Part shown: in pieces, positions 36,011 through 48,824 of the stretch
How positions within the stretch are numbered: position 1 is the first letter of the stretch
How the letters are laid out: each line of letters begins with the position of its first letter
Source: Rhina ancylostomus
Lineage: Eukaryota
Length of the DNA stretch: 64,000 bases
Direction: 5' to 3'
Assembly (NCBI GenBank): GCA_030265395.1
Contig: JARFYF010000029.1
Location: 22,247,453-22,311,452 of the forward strand
The notes under the pieces: model-generated
The model's input: the letters and a program-made list of their open reading frames with translations, nothing else
What the model was told of the DNA's origin: nothing
Database searches by the model: none
Program-made: the position numbers and the translations under genes

Positions 36011-39000
36011 CCAAAGTCTTTTCTTTTAAAACTGCGCCAAAAATTTAGGAAGCTACATTTTCCAATGTTTTTTTTTGCAACGGTTAGACCGAAATGGCAC
36101 ATTGTATCGTTCGCAGCTCCAGCCCAGAAGCTGATGAACGCACAAATAGTCCTGTCAGTGCAGCCGGATCGGCATCAGTTGATAATGTTTTAAAAGTAGA
36201 GCGTTTTAAAGAGACGCGTTTCAATTGACGAAGTGGGAATAAAAATATAATTTTCTCGCGAGTGCACTGTGGACCGAATCCTTTAGTGATGTTGCAGTGC
36301 GACAGGTTACACCAGCTCTGTGCACCCCTTAAGCTCCTTCATACTTCTCCTGCTGCCATTGACTTTAAGCGAATTGCCAATATTTAAAAAAATTCTGACG
36401 ACCGGTCACTTCTCCTCGATATCATTTAGAAGCAGGGACGCTGGTAAGTAGTTTGTTGTCATTTTGGAAGGTAGAAAATCAAAGGAAAAACGATCAATAT
36501 GAAAAAGGTCGGTTGATCTTAACAAACCAGAGGGAAAAAAAAGATTATAATGTTAACCAAGATAACATGGGAGCTGGGTTTAACTGGCAACAAGCACAGT
36601 ACAGCGAACTGATGGAGACCTTATGTTATATTTCATCTATTTAAAACGTCCAGTGTAGGCCTCAGCAATTCAGTCTTTGTAAAAACGTCTTTTTTTATGG
36701 TTTACATATTTTAAAGGGGACTGGTTCCCCAGATGTTGGACAGATATGGAAAACATTGATTGTATTGAGATTGGCCGTGTTGGGGTACTTTCCACTCCAA
36801 ATTTAACTTTACCCCTTTATTTAAGCAGTTTTAATCAATCTGACAGACATGGTTATTTTCATAAGGGCTCGTTAACATTTGCTATCTGATGCATTTTGCT
36901 GAAATTACTTAAGTAATTATCAAAATTGTGTTGTCTCGTGTGGTAGAGGGGAAATTAGATACATTACAAACGATATGATAAAATGCTACATTTTGGGTAC
37001 ATTATATGACATTGACCTTTTCAGCATGTTTAGGTGTCTTTTTACTTTTCTTCAAGTGCAATCTGTTCTTATCTGAAGGCAACATAGATGAGGTGTTAAT
37101 TCACACCCCCATCCCCCAAAGCATCACAGATCTGACAATTCATTAGAGGTTCGTGAAAGATTTGCTTAATTATTCGAACCCACTTTTACAGATTTCTAAA
37201 TCAATCTAATCCCACATAAATAACCAATGATGACTATTTTGAATATTGTTGACGGACACGTCTTAGGGGAAAAAGTATAGTATTTTTAAAAAAAGAGAGC
37301 TTGCGACAGTGAAGCAGATTGTGTCTTAATCAGCAAGATATGTCGATTCTGATCTAATTTTTACCCATTGCTGTTGATCAATTACAAAATAGCACATTGA
37401 CTAAATTGGTTAACATACCATCTGGATCGGCATCAAATCACAGCATATCATCAGCCCCCAGTAAAATATAGTCCCCCCCCCCTTCTCTCTCTCTCTCTCC
37501 CCAAGTGTCATTAATATGCCTTTAAACTACGGACATAGTATATACATAAAACTCTCACATTTTTGATATTAAGAAGCCATGTGTTAAGATCCGATTTTAG
37601 TTTACATGCCCTTTGTCTGATAGAGATTTTTCCTGCACAAGCATATCTTGCATGCAATAGGAGAGGTCTTTTATGAAAATCTTTTATTGACGTTCTTCAA
37701 AGACATAGAAGAATTTAATGTTATCTAGAAAGTAGTTCAAATATTTAGAAAACATAAGTAAATTATTGCCACGATCTGAATTATAGAACCCGAGTGGCTA
37801 TATGGCCCATGAAATTTCAGGCAATTACCGTGAGTAGTGAAGGGTGCGAGGGCAGACTGCTAAAGGTTGATGGGTATATTAAGATTGGATATAAAGCAGA
37901 AAAACAATGGTTATTTTGCTGGTCAATGGATGAACAATTTAATCTACACAAAAGACAAAAATGGACTGAATTGATGACTGTTAGAGGCTGGATGCACACA
38001 AAGATGGATGGATAAGCAATGTTGAGAATGGATGTCTGGACTTCGTGGGTAAGAAAAAAAATGGCAGAGTACTATAATGCCTGTAAGTTTATTGTATAGT
38101 GATCTGGAAAGACGAGTAACTAAGCACATACATTATTCCAGTTAGGGTTCGATTTAAAACATAACGTTGTGCACTTAGAAATCGTTTCTCATGCACATAT
38201 TTTCGTGGTCTTTTATATATCTCTATCAGTAAACAATATTTTGAGAATGATCCATATTTTGTGTCTACATAAAATGGTTGCATTAAAATCTGTTAACATT
38301 TCTAAACAAGTAATTCTAAATTTCAATTTCAAGTGACAAAATCAATACCTTCTTATTTTTGAATAATATAAGAAATGGACGTCAGGTTTACGAACATATT
38401 GGAAATAATATAGTGCAGTTATCATCTTTCAGATATGTACACCTTCTATCTGGAAGTGCGTGCATTGCTGGGTGAGCAGACAGTTTACATTTTTAATTTG
38501 CTATTGGATCATCGCAAACAGAATGGAGAATGGGGTTGGGAGAAAATCCTTCAAATAAAGAAACGATTTTGGTAAAGAATATTCTATTATGAAAGTTCAG
38601 TCAATAAGTCAAGCACCAGAATTAATTAGTACCAGATTAATCCAAATATCTATCTTTAATTTGCTGAACAGGCTAAACATAAATATTTAAAAACTTATGT
38701 CATTTTTACCACGGTTCCTCCATATGTAAGACACAGAACTACTTTTTATAAATTATATTCTTCCAACAGTTTTAAAGTGACGAAGTAATACATGTAAAAC
38801 CATATTATCACCATAAACTGGGTGTTAAATAAACTACTGGCTTTGCCCATTTTTTTATTTCAATACCAAAACAATATTTTTTAATGTGGAGGAAAATTCT
38901 GGAGATCTGAAAGGTGTTTCACGTTAAGAATATGATGAATATAATCTTTTTATAATCGATAAGAATTTTGAATATCATAATGCGTATTCTCTGTTTGAGA

Positions 39001-41663
39001 ATATTGTATTGATTTTGAAATTGCATTATCAGCAGTATTTACTTAACGTTCACAGGCGAGTCAGTCTTAATCATTCTTTATGCCACTGAATCCAACTGAA
39101 TCTTTGATATACTCAGGAATATTTCATATTTAACAGTTAATACTGATAGAGTTATGTTAATCGCGCAAATACTTTTAAAATGTCATCAAGTTAAAAATTC
39201 TCCTTTAAATGAATCACACCTTAATCCCACAATAGATGTCACGATTATTTTAAATACTTACGAAATTATTGTGCAGGGGTTAATATAATTATCCATACAC
39301 AGTTATTGATCGGCGGTCGATTTTAGTACAATTTGTGAAACAGCCATTATTTCACGAAAATATTTTGCTGGATTTTTACCTTTTTAAATCAATAATACAA
39401 ATTTTGTTTTTAATTAATCCAAAAGCCTCTTCCTAAAAGTTGTTGATCCTTTCTGTAAACCTCCATGGTTATATTGCTGTTGAAGGGTCTGCCGGCTAAA
39501 TATTTGGCTATTGGAAACAAATCGAATCAGTTTCACAATGTCAAGAGACAGATGAGAAATCATTAGACATCACCACCGTTGCACTTCACCGAAATCATGT
39601 TTGTTTAAACAAACGTCAACGGCAGAAACTGTTGAATGACCTGATTGCCGCCCTTCAGTGGATTATTATTTCGATGACAAGAGCCATCAAGTACTTACTT
39701 CCTTGACGAATAGTTCCAAATGAACATGACGCTAATCCAAGAACGGAGATTTTAAAATTTTCTTCGAAAGAATTAACAGTGACTAATTCTGGAATCGAGA
39801 ACTGCTGAGTACGTTTCTTTCAAGTCTTAAATTTACTGAGTTACTGTGATTTTCGCGTTTTTCTCCGAAATTGAACGACTTTCAGTTCCACAAATATTTC
39901 CCAAATGCCTCCACACTGCTGTTCAACACTTGAAGAACCTACATTCGGAAAAAAAGCCCCTCTACAAAAAATGTCAAATCAGCCCTTTCCCTCAAACAAT
40001 AAATTAATAAGTAGCAATGAACCATTTTCCCTGTGAAATATCTGCTTCATTCAGAAAGTCGAAATACTATATTTCCTCCTAATATTTTCCCACAATAAAT
40101 ATCTGTGGGTGATTTTCTGAGGTTTTTTTTCCCCAGTTAGTTCACGCAAAAATATACTGTTTTCCCTTTTGTTCGGGAAGTAATTGCGCAACAGACTTGC
40201 GTCAAAAATGCTGGGCAGGATTGAGACATAAGGAAAAGGGAAAGAGGTCTAATTGAAGATAACGTTGTCATTCCAAGAGTGTAGTAGAGGCGCTCTCTTG
40301 ACAGTAGACGGTCAATCCATTACAGGCAACTTCTGTGCTCCGAGCAAACTGCTTGATTATTAGGAGGCGGTTACGGAATTTCACATAGGAATGATGGCAA
40401 GAGCCGCATCCCTGGACTGATNNNNNNNNNNNNNNNNNNNNNNNNNNNNNNNNNNNNNNNNNNNNNNNNNNNNNNNNNNNNNNNNNNNNNNNNNNNNNNN
40501 NNNNNNNNNNNNNNNNNNNNNCCTGGACTCATGACCTCATTCTCTCTGCTATAAGAAGCTGGGGACGGTTGCGCCCTAATATATTCAGAACTAAAAGTCG
40601 GTTCCTTAAGTTCTCTTTTTCATTTCTGGTTCACTGTACTTTCAGGGGAAAAATGTTACACAACAGAGTTCTCGATCTTTTTTTTATTTTCGAAAAACCA
40701 AGAAAAATATTTATTTTACAGTTGATATGAAACTAAAGCAGTTGCTGGAATGTGCAAATTAACAATGCACTCTTCCGAGAATGATTGCACGCGAAATAAG
40801 AATTGTTCAAGCTTCGCAGTTAACTTGTGTACATGTTAAAAGATCAGTGGATACGGCTGCAGAGGGCGTATTTGAAAAGTTCTCAGTAGCGATCTGAGTA
40901 ACTAATTACTAACAGTCCAGCTCACTTAATTTGCTCCATCTTTTGGACTATGCCTCTTACAATTATTTAACACTTTCACTTTTTTCACTATTTTGCATAT
41001 ATGCATGATAGCTCACCGTATTCGTATGAATCTAACATCAGAGGGTCCATGAATTTCTGCCTGAGCTTTTCACGCAAGAGGAAGAACTCCAGAGAAATCC
41101 AGACGTAATTAAAGAACACCATTATCTCGCACCAGTCATTATTATCTGAAAGGGCTTTGGGAAAGACTGCTCCTTCACACATCCTTGCTGTCTTCTGGAG
41201 ATATCCAGGTGTGCTTGCTTTATATTTGCCCAAACCTGCTGTAGAGCACTATACTAGCTGGCAGCATGTCAGTATCCATGAGGGAGGGCATCATCACCCT
41301 TATCAATAAGCAGAAGCGTGAGAGGGAGAACTTCAGGAATTGGAGACCCCATCTCCTAAGATCATGTCCAAGGCCATCGCCAACCGGGTCAAGTCTGCTC
41401 TGGGATGGTTGATCCACCTGGACCAAACTTGTGCTCTACCCAGCAGCAAAATCTTTGCTAGTCTTGCATTGCTCGGGGATACCATTGCCTACATTCAGGA
41501 CAGACAGCTGAATATGTGTCTGGTCAGGTTGACCCAAGAGAAGGCCTTTGATAGGATATTGCACATGTACATGATGGACGTGTTCTCCAAAATGGGTTTT
41601 GGGGAGGGAATCAGGAATTGGATCCAACTGCTCTGTACAGATACAGTATCTGTAGTGCAGTTC

Positions 41664-42115
41664 CCATCAACTCCGCAAAGAAAAATTACTTGCTAAGCCA
41701 CAACATTTACATCAATGCTTTTATTCATTGTACTTTAACTAACAGAAAATGATTTTTCTTTGTCCAGTTGCATGTTCAAATTTGCAGCTTAATCATTGAT
41801 TCTTTCAGCTACTGTGCTCCTCAACAGATTGACATTTGCAAGAGCTTTGCGTTTATCATGATGCTCTATTTCTGGAGCCTTATGCATTCAGTTCTTCGAA
41901 AAAGTGCAAATAATTTTGTGGACATAGCTTTTCATGAGTGATCCACAGTGCTCAATTTAAAATCAGACCTACTTTCATGATGAGCATTAGTGAACTTTGA
42001 TTACTGTTTTCATAGCCACTGTGCTAATTCAGAAACTTTATCTTTCCTTAAGTTACCAGTGTATTTATTGTACTTCTCGCCTTGGTTTCCTGCCTAGTGC
42101 CTTTGAATGCGTTTT
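41664..42115 (-). mobile_element. Decayed hAT (Charlie/GTF2IRD2-like) transposase fragment
   Basis: Minus strand reads IQRH*...EKYNKYTGNLRKDKVSEL..L*KQ*SKF and ANVNLLRSTVAERIND*AANL..QL...NKSIDVNVVA*QVIF, matching the SLSRxTVAERI...DESTD..AQLxIF pattern. Confidence 0.75.
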
Positions 42116-42129
42116 GAATGAGAGCAGTG

Positions 42130-42266
42130 CGGGCTGGGCCAACATTTATTGCCCATCACTAATTATCCTTGAACAGAGTGGCTTACCAGACTATTTCACA
42201 AGGCAGATAATGAATCAACCACATTGCTATGTGTCTCATGTTCTGTATAGACCAGATCCAGTAAAC
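42130..42266 (-). mobile_element. Old SINE fragment with a LINE-derived tail, truncated by the younger SINE
   Basis: GCCAACATTTATTGCCCATC..CCTTGAAC..GAATCAACCACATTGCT..GACCAGATCCAGTAA; related to 49460-49645. Confidence 0.55.
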
Positions 42267-42267
42267 A

Positions 42268-42573
42268 GGGCAAGCATGGTAGTGTAGCAGTCAGCATAAA
42301 GCTATGACAACGCCAGCGACCTGGGTTCAATTCCAGCTGCTGTCTGTAAGGAGTTTGTACATTCTCCCCGTGTCTATGTGGGTTTCCTCCGGGTGCTCCA
42401 GTTTCCTCCCATATTCTAAAGATGTATGGGTTAGGAAGTTGTGGGCATGCTATGTTGGTGCCAGAAGTGGGGCAACACTTGTGGGCTGCCCCAGAACACT
42501 CTACGCAAAAGATGTATTTCACTGTGTGTTTCGATGTACGTGTGATTAATAAAGGGATCTTATTTTATCTTAT
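42268..42573 (+). mobile_element. Young full-length tRNA-derived V-domain SINE
   Basis: A-box-like TGGTAGTGTAGC, B box GGTTCAATTCC (~42324), V-domain GAGTTTGTACATTCTCCCCGTG..GGGTTTCCTCCGGGTGCTCCAGTTTCCTCCC, AATAAA and a (TCTTA)-like tail. Confidence 0.88.
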
Positions 42574-44309
42574 CAGTTCAAATCAATGGGTGGGAAACAG
42601 ATAGCTTCCCTGTCAAGTTCTGGAGTCAGGTAGGGTTGTCCACTCTCCCCTGTCTTGTTTGTGTGTTGCATAGAACCCTTTGCTGAATCCATCAGAAAGG
42701 ACAAGACCATAAGGGCAGTGACATTGCCAGGCAATTGAGGCACCCAGATCAATACGTCCCTGTACATGGGTGACATTGCCATCTTCTGCCTGGATCCATG
42801 GTCAGTTCGCAGATTGATTAGCATCTGCGACCAGTTTGAGTTGGCATCGAGAGCCAGAGTCAAGCATTATAAGAGATAGGCCATGTTCTTTTTCAAATGG
42901 CCTGACTGATCCAATGTTCCCCTTCACCATCAGGTCTGACTACATGAAGGTGCTGGGGATCTGGTTTGGAGGGGCCAAGGCACGTAACAAGAATTGGCTG
43001 GAGTAGGAAAGGTCAAACAAAAATTGGGACTGTGGAAACGCTGCTCCCTCTCAAGAACTTGGTCATCAGGTGCTCTTGTGCTCTTGGGGCTGTTGTACTT
43101 GGCTCTGGTGTGGCCCATCTTCTGGTTCATCTGATTATCCAAGATAGAACAAGTAGGATGGGTCATATTGCACAGACCCCAGAGAATGGGGGGAGAAAGT
43201 GTACCCAATGTTGCCCTCATCCTGATGACCACCTTTGTGTGTGGTTGCATCATGTGTGCATGGAACCAAAGTATATGGGCACCAGGTGTCACTTTATGCT
43301 GAGGTTCTACCTGTCCCTGGTGTTGCGGAGGATAGGTCTGAGCCCATTGCCACACAATGTCCCAGTCAACTGGATGTCGCTACACTACCTGTCCTTTGTG
43401 GAAAAATTTTTCCAGGCAAACACCTTTGATAAGTCCATCAGGCAATGGTCAGCACAGAACTGCAGGACAGGGACTCTATGGATACTGTGTGGTGGTTCCC
43501 TGAGCAAACTGTGCAAATCATCTGGCAGAATGCCTCATCATCAGAACTCACCAACAAGCCCGAAGACTTCGCTTCACTAGCAGTGAGAGGGGCCCTCCCA
43601 GTCAGATCCTTCCTGTACAGTCAAAATATCATCCCCAGTGCATGCTGCCTTTGGGACAGCTGCAGTGGGGAGGAGATGTCACCACCTCCTTGCAGACTGT
43701 GGATTTGCTGAGAGGGTGTGGAGATGGAAGCAAGGATCCTTGTCTTGGTTCATCCCAAGCAGCTGCATAACAGAGGTCTGTCTGATCTACGGACTGTTCC
43801 CAGGTTCACACACCAAGACAGATACCAAGTGCTGCTGGAAGATCATCAATTCCGTGAAAGACGCTTTTAGGTCTGCCCAAAACTTGTTGAACTTCCAGCA
43901 CACGAGATGTCCAAAAGCGAATGCTGCCAGCTGGCACGTTCCAGGCTGCAGGGATGCACTGAAGCTTAGTGCAGCCAATGCAAATGGAGGGGCTGGACAT
44001 GGAGGGGCTGAATTGGGTGGGGAAGCCCCTCAAACATTGAAAGAGTGTATCACCCCAGTGGGCTATGAGGGGCAATAGTGCAATGATTTTTAAAATAAGT
44101 GTTACCACTACTGAATTATTGGCCTCATGAATAAAGTTTATTTTTGAAATTTAAAAAAGTTGGCAAAAGTCTGCTCAATCATGTTAGTCTTACAGTTAGG
44201 AGAGCTATGACAGGTTTTGGATAACCAACATGGAGAGGATTGGAAATACATCCGGAACAACAACTAGAGGATATAATGAACATGTTCACTATACACGTTA
44301 CAACAAAAT

Positions 44310-45297
44310 TCTGCTACCATTCATTGTGAATATCAACAATTTGGCTGGGAGAAGGTGGGTCCAAATGCCAAATTTCCAAGTTTGCTGATGATGCAAAACT
44401 AGGTGAGAATGTGAGTAAAACTTGAGGATGTAAAGAAGCTTCAAGGGAATACAGATAAACTAAGTAAGTGAGTGGGTAAGAATATGACATTGAAATATAA
44501 TGTGGGAATATAATTTTGTTTTGGTTCACAAAACAAAAAAGTAGAATACTTTTCAAATGATGGCAGATTGAGAAATGTTGATGCACAAAGAGACCTAGGT
44601 GTCCTTGTACAGAAGTCACTGAAAGCTAACATGTAGATATAGGAAGCAATTAGAAAGGGTAATGGTTTTGACCTTTGTTTTCAGAGAATTTGTGTACAGG
44701 AGTAAAAATGCCTTACTGCAATGATATAAAGCCTTGGTGAGCTCACACCTGAAATATTGTATGCAGTTCTGTTCTCCTTATTCAAGAAAGGATATATCTG
44801 TCATAGATGGAGAGCAACAAAGAGTCATCACAGTGGTCCCTGGGATGGTGGATTTGCCTTATGAAGACAGATTGGGTAAATCTGGCTTGTATCTCTGATT
44901 CAGAGTTGGAGAAAATGAGAGGTGATTGCATTGAAACTTGCAAAATTTCTGCAGCACTTGACAAAGGGGGATGCGGCTTCTGGCTTAGGAATCTAGAACC
45001 CAACAAGGGATACATCATGTAAGACCCAGATGGAAAGAAACTTCTTCATTTAGGTTTTTGTGAATATTTGGTATTTGCTATCATTATTGGAATATTGGAG
45101 GGCTACGGAGGCTCAGTCATTGAGTTCATTAAGAACAGAGATTGATAGATTTCTGGATATTAAGGAAATCAAAGAGTATTGGCAATAGTTCAGGAAAATC
45201 GAACTGAGGTAGAATATTAGCCATGATCTGAAGGAATGCCACAGGAGGCCTAAGGGGTCAGGTGGTCTATTCCTGCTCTTTATTTTTATGTTCTTAT
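44310..45297 (+). mobile_element. CR1-clade LINE RT to 3' tail
   Basis: SKFADDAKLG, QRDLGVLV, ALVSSHLKYC, MRGDCIETCKI, and a tail TTCCTGCT..TTATGTTCTTAT. Confidence 0.88.
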
Positions 45298-46139
45298 TGT
45301 GGAGAAATGAAGATAAAACTCATTCAAAAAGGCAAACAAATAAAATACATAGTTTCCAACATATACTCCACAGAGACTCAGAAAATTCCAATTGCATAAA
45401 TGAAATGACTGATGATAACCTTCAATGACACTTGTGATGCCAGTAGAATTCCCTGCTGCTTCACACTGTCACTAAACTGGAAGTGGTGGTATTTATCTTG
45501 ATGCACCATGGAGTTTAAATCTGGCTCACTTTCAGACCTGGTTCTTTTGAACCCTCCACTGTAAACTTATCTGTCATTAATTTAAGTGTGAGACAGACAT
45601 TCATTCCCCTCCACTTTCTCAACATTTACGTTTTGTGCTGTTTAAATGCAAAATTGTTATTTCTAATTTTTGGGAGACAGCTCTGTGCCTGTGTGTGCTA
45701 AGGCATTTGCAGATCTTTCTCCTAAACAGGATGGTTAAAGTTTCAGCCAGGCAGGAGCCAAGCAGTGTAAACAGGCTTGCTTGGCTGGAGCCCAAAATGC
45801 AGCTCTTTAGACCAGTAGCTACAGTGTAAATGTACCTAAACTATCCATTAAGTGATACTAGTACTGATTGAAATAATATGGATACGGAGTACCAAATAGT
45901 TATGTTTTCCCCTAATACTTTGTGGTTGCATTCCACATCCTTGTGATCTGTGTAATAATAGCTTAAAAATTCTCTTTCTGCCAGTGAGAAAACATGAGTT
46001 TACCCAAAATCATGTTAAGTAAGTATTTATCAGTAATACAATAATCCACATCTCAGTGATTCTATGATAAATGTTGACTTTTGAAAGCAGGTATTTCACT
46101 TATACCAACATTAACACATTTCAAATAATAGCATTTAAA

Positions 46140-46270
46140 TACTAGAAAGGGAGAATTGCAGAATGTGGGAAATTATCTTGGGATGTGACTAGGTGAATAG
46201 CTCTTTTGATGATCTGGCATGGGCTCGCTGGGCTAACTGGGCTTCCTCTTTGCTGTATGATTCCATGATT
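46140..46270 (+). mobile_element. CR1 3' tail
   Basis: GGGCT..CTGGGCTTCCTCTTTGCTGTATGATTCCATGATT. Confidence 0.55.
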
Positions 46271-48824
46271 ACCCAAGAAACTTTTTGAGAATGAATACTG
46301 TGTGTTTTGAGGACATTGTTTCACCACAAAGTGTACAGTACAGGTAATTACATTATTTGTTCTTATTTTTCAAATAAAGGCTGCACAGTTGAGGTACAAT
46401 CTGTTTCAAATCATACTTGGGGGGATTGAATGGTTTGACAAAATTAATTTATGCCTTGTTTATGCATCATTCATACTTGGTACGGTATTTTGGGATTTAG
46501 AAAAGCAGGTTTTAAAGGAACATGACATAATTTGTAAACAATTAATTGGAACATAATTGTTCAAAGATTTATAATAGAAAAGTAGGAAATATTCAAGGAA
46601 GTATCGGTGAACATCCATAATGTGGAAGTGAGATATATTAAAACTTAACAAAGAGCAATGAACACAAGGGTATGATAATTGTACTGTGAGTAGGAGACTT
46701 TAAAACATATAAGGACTCTAATAAATAGGAGAATTGCAGACCAACAAAATCAGATGTAAAAATAAGAGAGGCGGGCAATGAAAAGATTACTGAAATCATT
46801 TCAAGTAAAATGGCAGACAGTTAAAAGAAATAAACACATTGGTTTCCATTTACAAAGCACAATGTTTTCCCAAACAATTGAATAAAGCAGGCATATCTTA
46901 TCTTTCCAAGCAAACTACATTAACACATGCAGAAGATGTTTTGATATGTCTGGTTGGGATTTTCACTTTTCATTATGCAGCAACTAATGACTTCCACCTG
47001 CTGTCAATAGCTTAGTAGTAGAGTAGTAATAGACCTGATTTCTCTGCTAAAATTGGGCATGCTGAAAAAACAAATTGGTGGATATATTTACTACCAAATG
47101 TATGTTCAAGATGATAGAAAAAGCCAAAGGTCTTGAAATTAAATTTCTCTCATAGATACTTCTTAACAGAGATTATTAGAAAAAAAAAATCAGTTCAAAA
47201 GTCATATTTCCAGAGATTCAAAGAAAAAGCTGAAATCATGTCATAATAAATATTATATAGTTATGGGTTAGCTGCTCTTAAAATAGAGGAATACTTAGTC
47301 CAGAAGACCTTAAAGCAGATATATTTTAAAGTGATGACATTTTAATTAACAAATATTTTTAAGATTGCTATATTCTGGGGTGATCCTTCATGTTTGAGAT
47401 GGCAGCCATTGTAGCTTCATCATTTAAAAATAGTAAAATGAAGACCAGTTAGTATGGTAGGGTGCAATAAAATTTCTTGTATTGAACTATACCTTATTAA
47501 ATAGGGAAATTCAAGTTTGTCTGAAGCAGGTGCAATTCTGACAGCATCTTCCACCTGAAATTTGTGCTGCAAAATTCATATTTCATTTGAACACAGTAAG
47601 CAAGTTATAGCTGCCAAAATGGCAGTCCATGTAGTTGCAAGAGGGCTGGAAATTATCTGGTTATGTTTGACTGACAAGTAGGTTGGGGGATGGCGGAGAG
47701 TGATTCTAGATGGGATTGTGGATGAGCAGCTGATGGACTACAGTATTTGAAGTTGAATGCATTTAAATAGTCTTATGTGCAAAGTAGGCTGACATGTTCC
47801 TCATGTATTTATAGGCTGTAAGAAAAATTCAGTATGCATTTGGGTATCAAAATCTCACCATTCCCATTTTTTCTTTTACACAAACATCTACTTCCCAATG
47901 TAGAAGAAGCTATTGCTTGAACTATTGCTCCCTTTATATTAAATCCCAAGATAAATTTCTCTTCATTTGATGTTTGCAACAGAAACAGTTACACTAAAGC
48001 TGATTGTTAGCTATCTCTGAATAAAGAATTGTCACAAAAAAAGAGTTAACATTTTATAAGATGATATTGCCAGGTCAAGTATTTTATATAGTAGTTCTTA
48101 AACGGAGAATGCAATATTCATTTTAACTGGAAGTTATATAACAAAAGGCAAAGAAAACAGTCATTTGTGGCTTTTGCTTGTCTTAACTCTGATATTTACC
48201 AGGGAAAACATTACTACTCTCTCCTCTACCCAGAGTATACAACTTAAAAAATATATTCAGGTAGGTGCTGGCAATAGTAAAATTTAGCTGGAATCACGTG
48301 GTTTTATCTATGAAATGGTTGCTTCAACAGCTTACTTCATGATGACCAGTCTCTATATTGTCAATCTTTGAAAGGCTCAAAATTACAACTTGCAGATAGA
48401 GAATTTACACTTGAAGCCGTTTTCCAAACTAATGAATACTCAAATGCTCAGAAGATTTTAATGTTCAACTAAATGTTCATGTCAAGGTGTCTGATCTTCT
48501 AGTTCTTTATGACAGATGAAGCACCTTGTGACATCAGGGCCATTACCATTTGCTATTTTTATAATATCCAAATATCATTAATGGAAAAGGGAAAAAGAAG
48601 AGTGAATTTGATTCAGGAACTATTCGCATTGTTGACAGAATACAAACAGTTCAGACACAGGTATTTTTCTGAAGAAGGCCTTAAAGGATACGATAAGAAG
48701 ATAAACAAGTTGAGTTAATCTATTGGCATGTACTTTGATCTGGATCCGATCCATTTCTCCACTATAAACAATGCATTATGTTGTATATTCTTATTCTGTT
48801 TTCTCAGTAGAAACCACACCTACA

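Larger units (their letters stand above)
41190..44158 (+). mobile_element. Tx1/L1-clade non-LTR retrotransposon (5'-truncated ORF2), split by an insertion at 41664-42573
   Basis: NWRP, SKAIANRVK..IHLDQTC, QEKAFDRI, VQING, SGVR*GCPLSP, LYMGD (YxDD), a CCHC-type finger (C..C..HLLADC), and a 3' end ATGAATAAAG...A-rich. Confidence 0.9.

Noticed and set aside
42268-42340. tRNA gene
   Set aside because: The A/B boxes belong to a SINE head; there is no cloverleaf and the sequence continues into a V-domain.
42930-44108. Several 100-200 aa overlapping ORFs
   Set aside because: They are frameshifted pieces or antisense frames of the Tx1 ORF2, not host genes.
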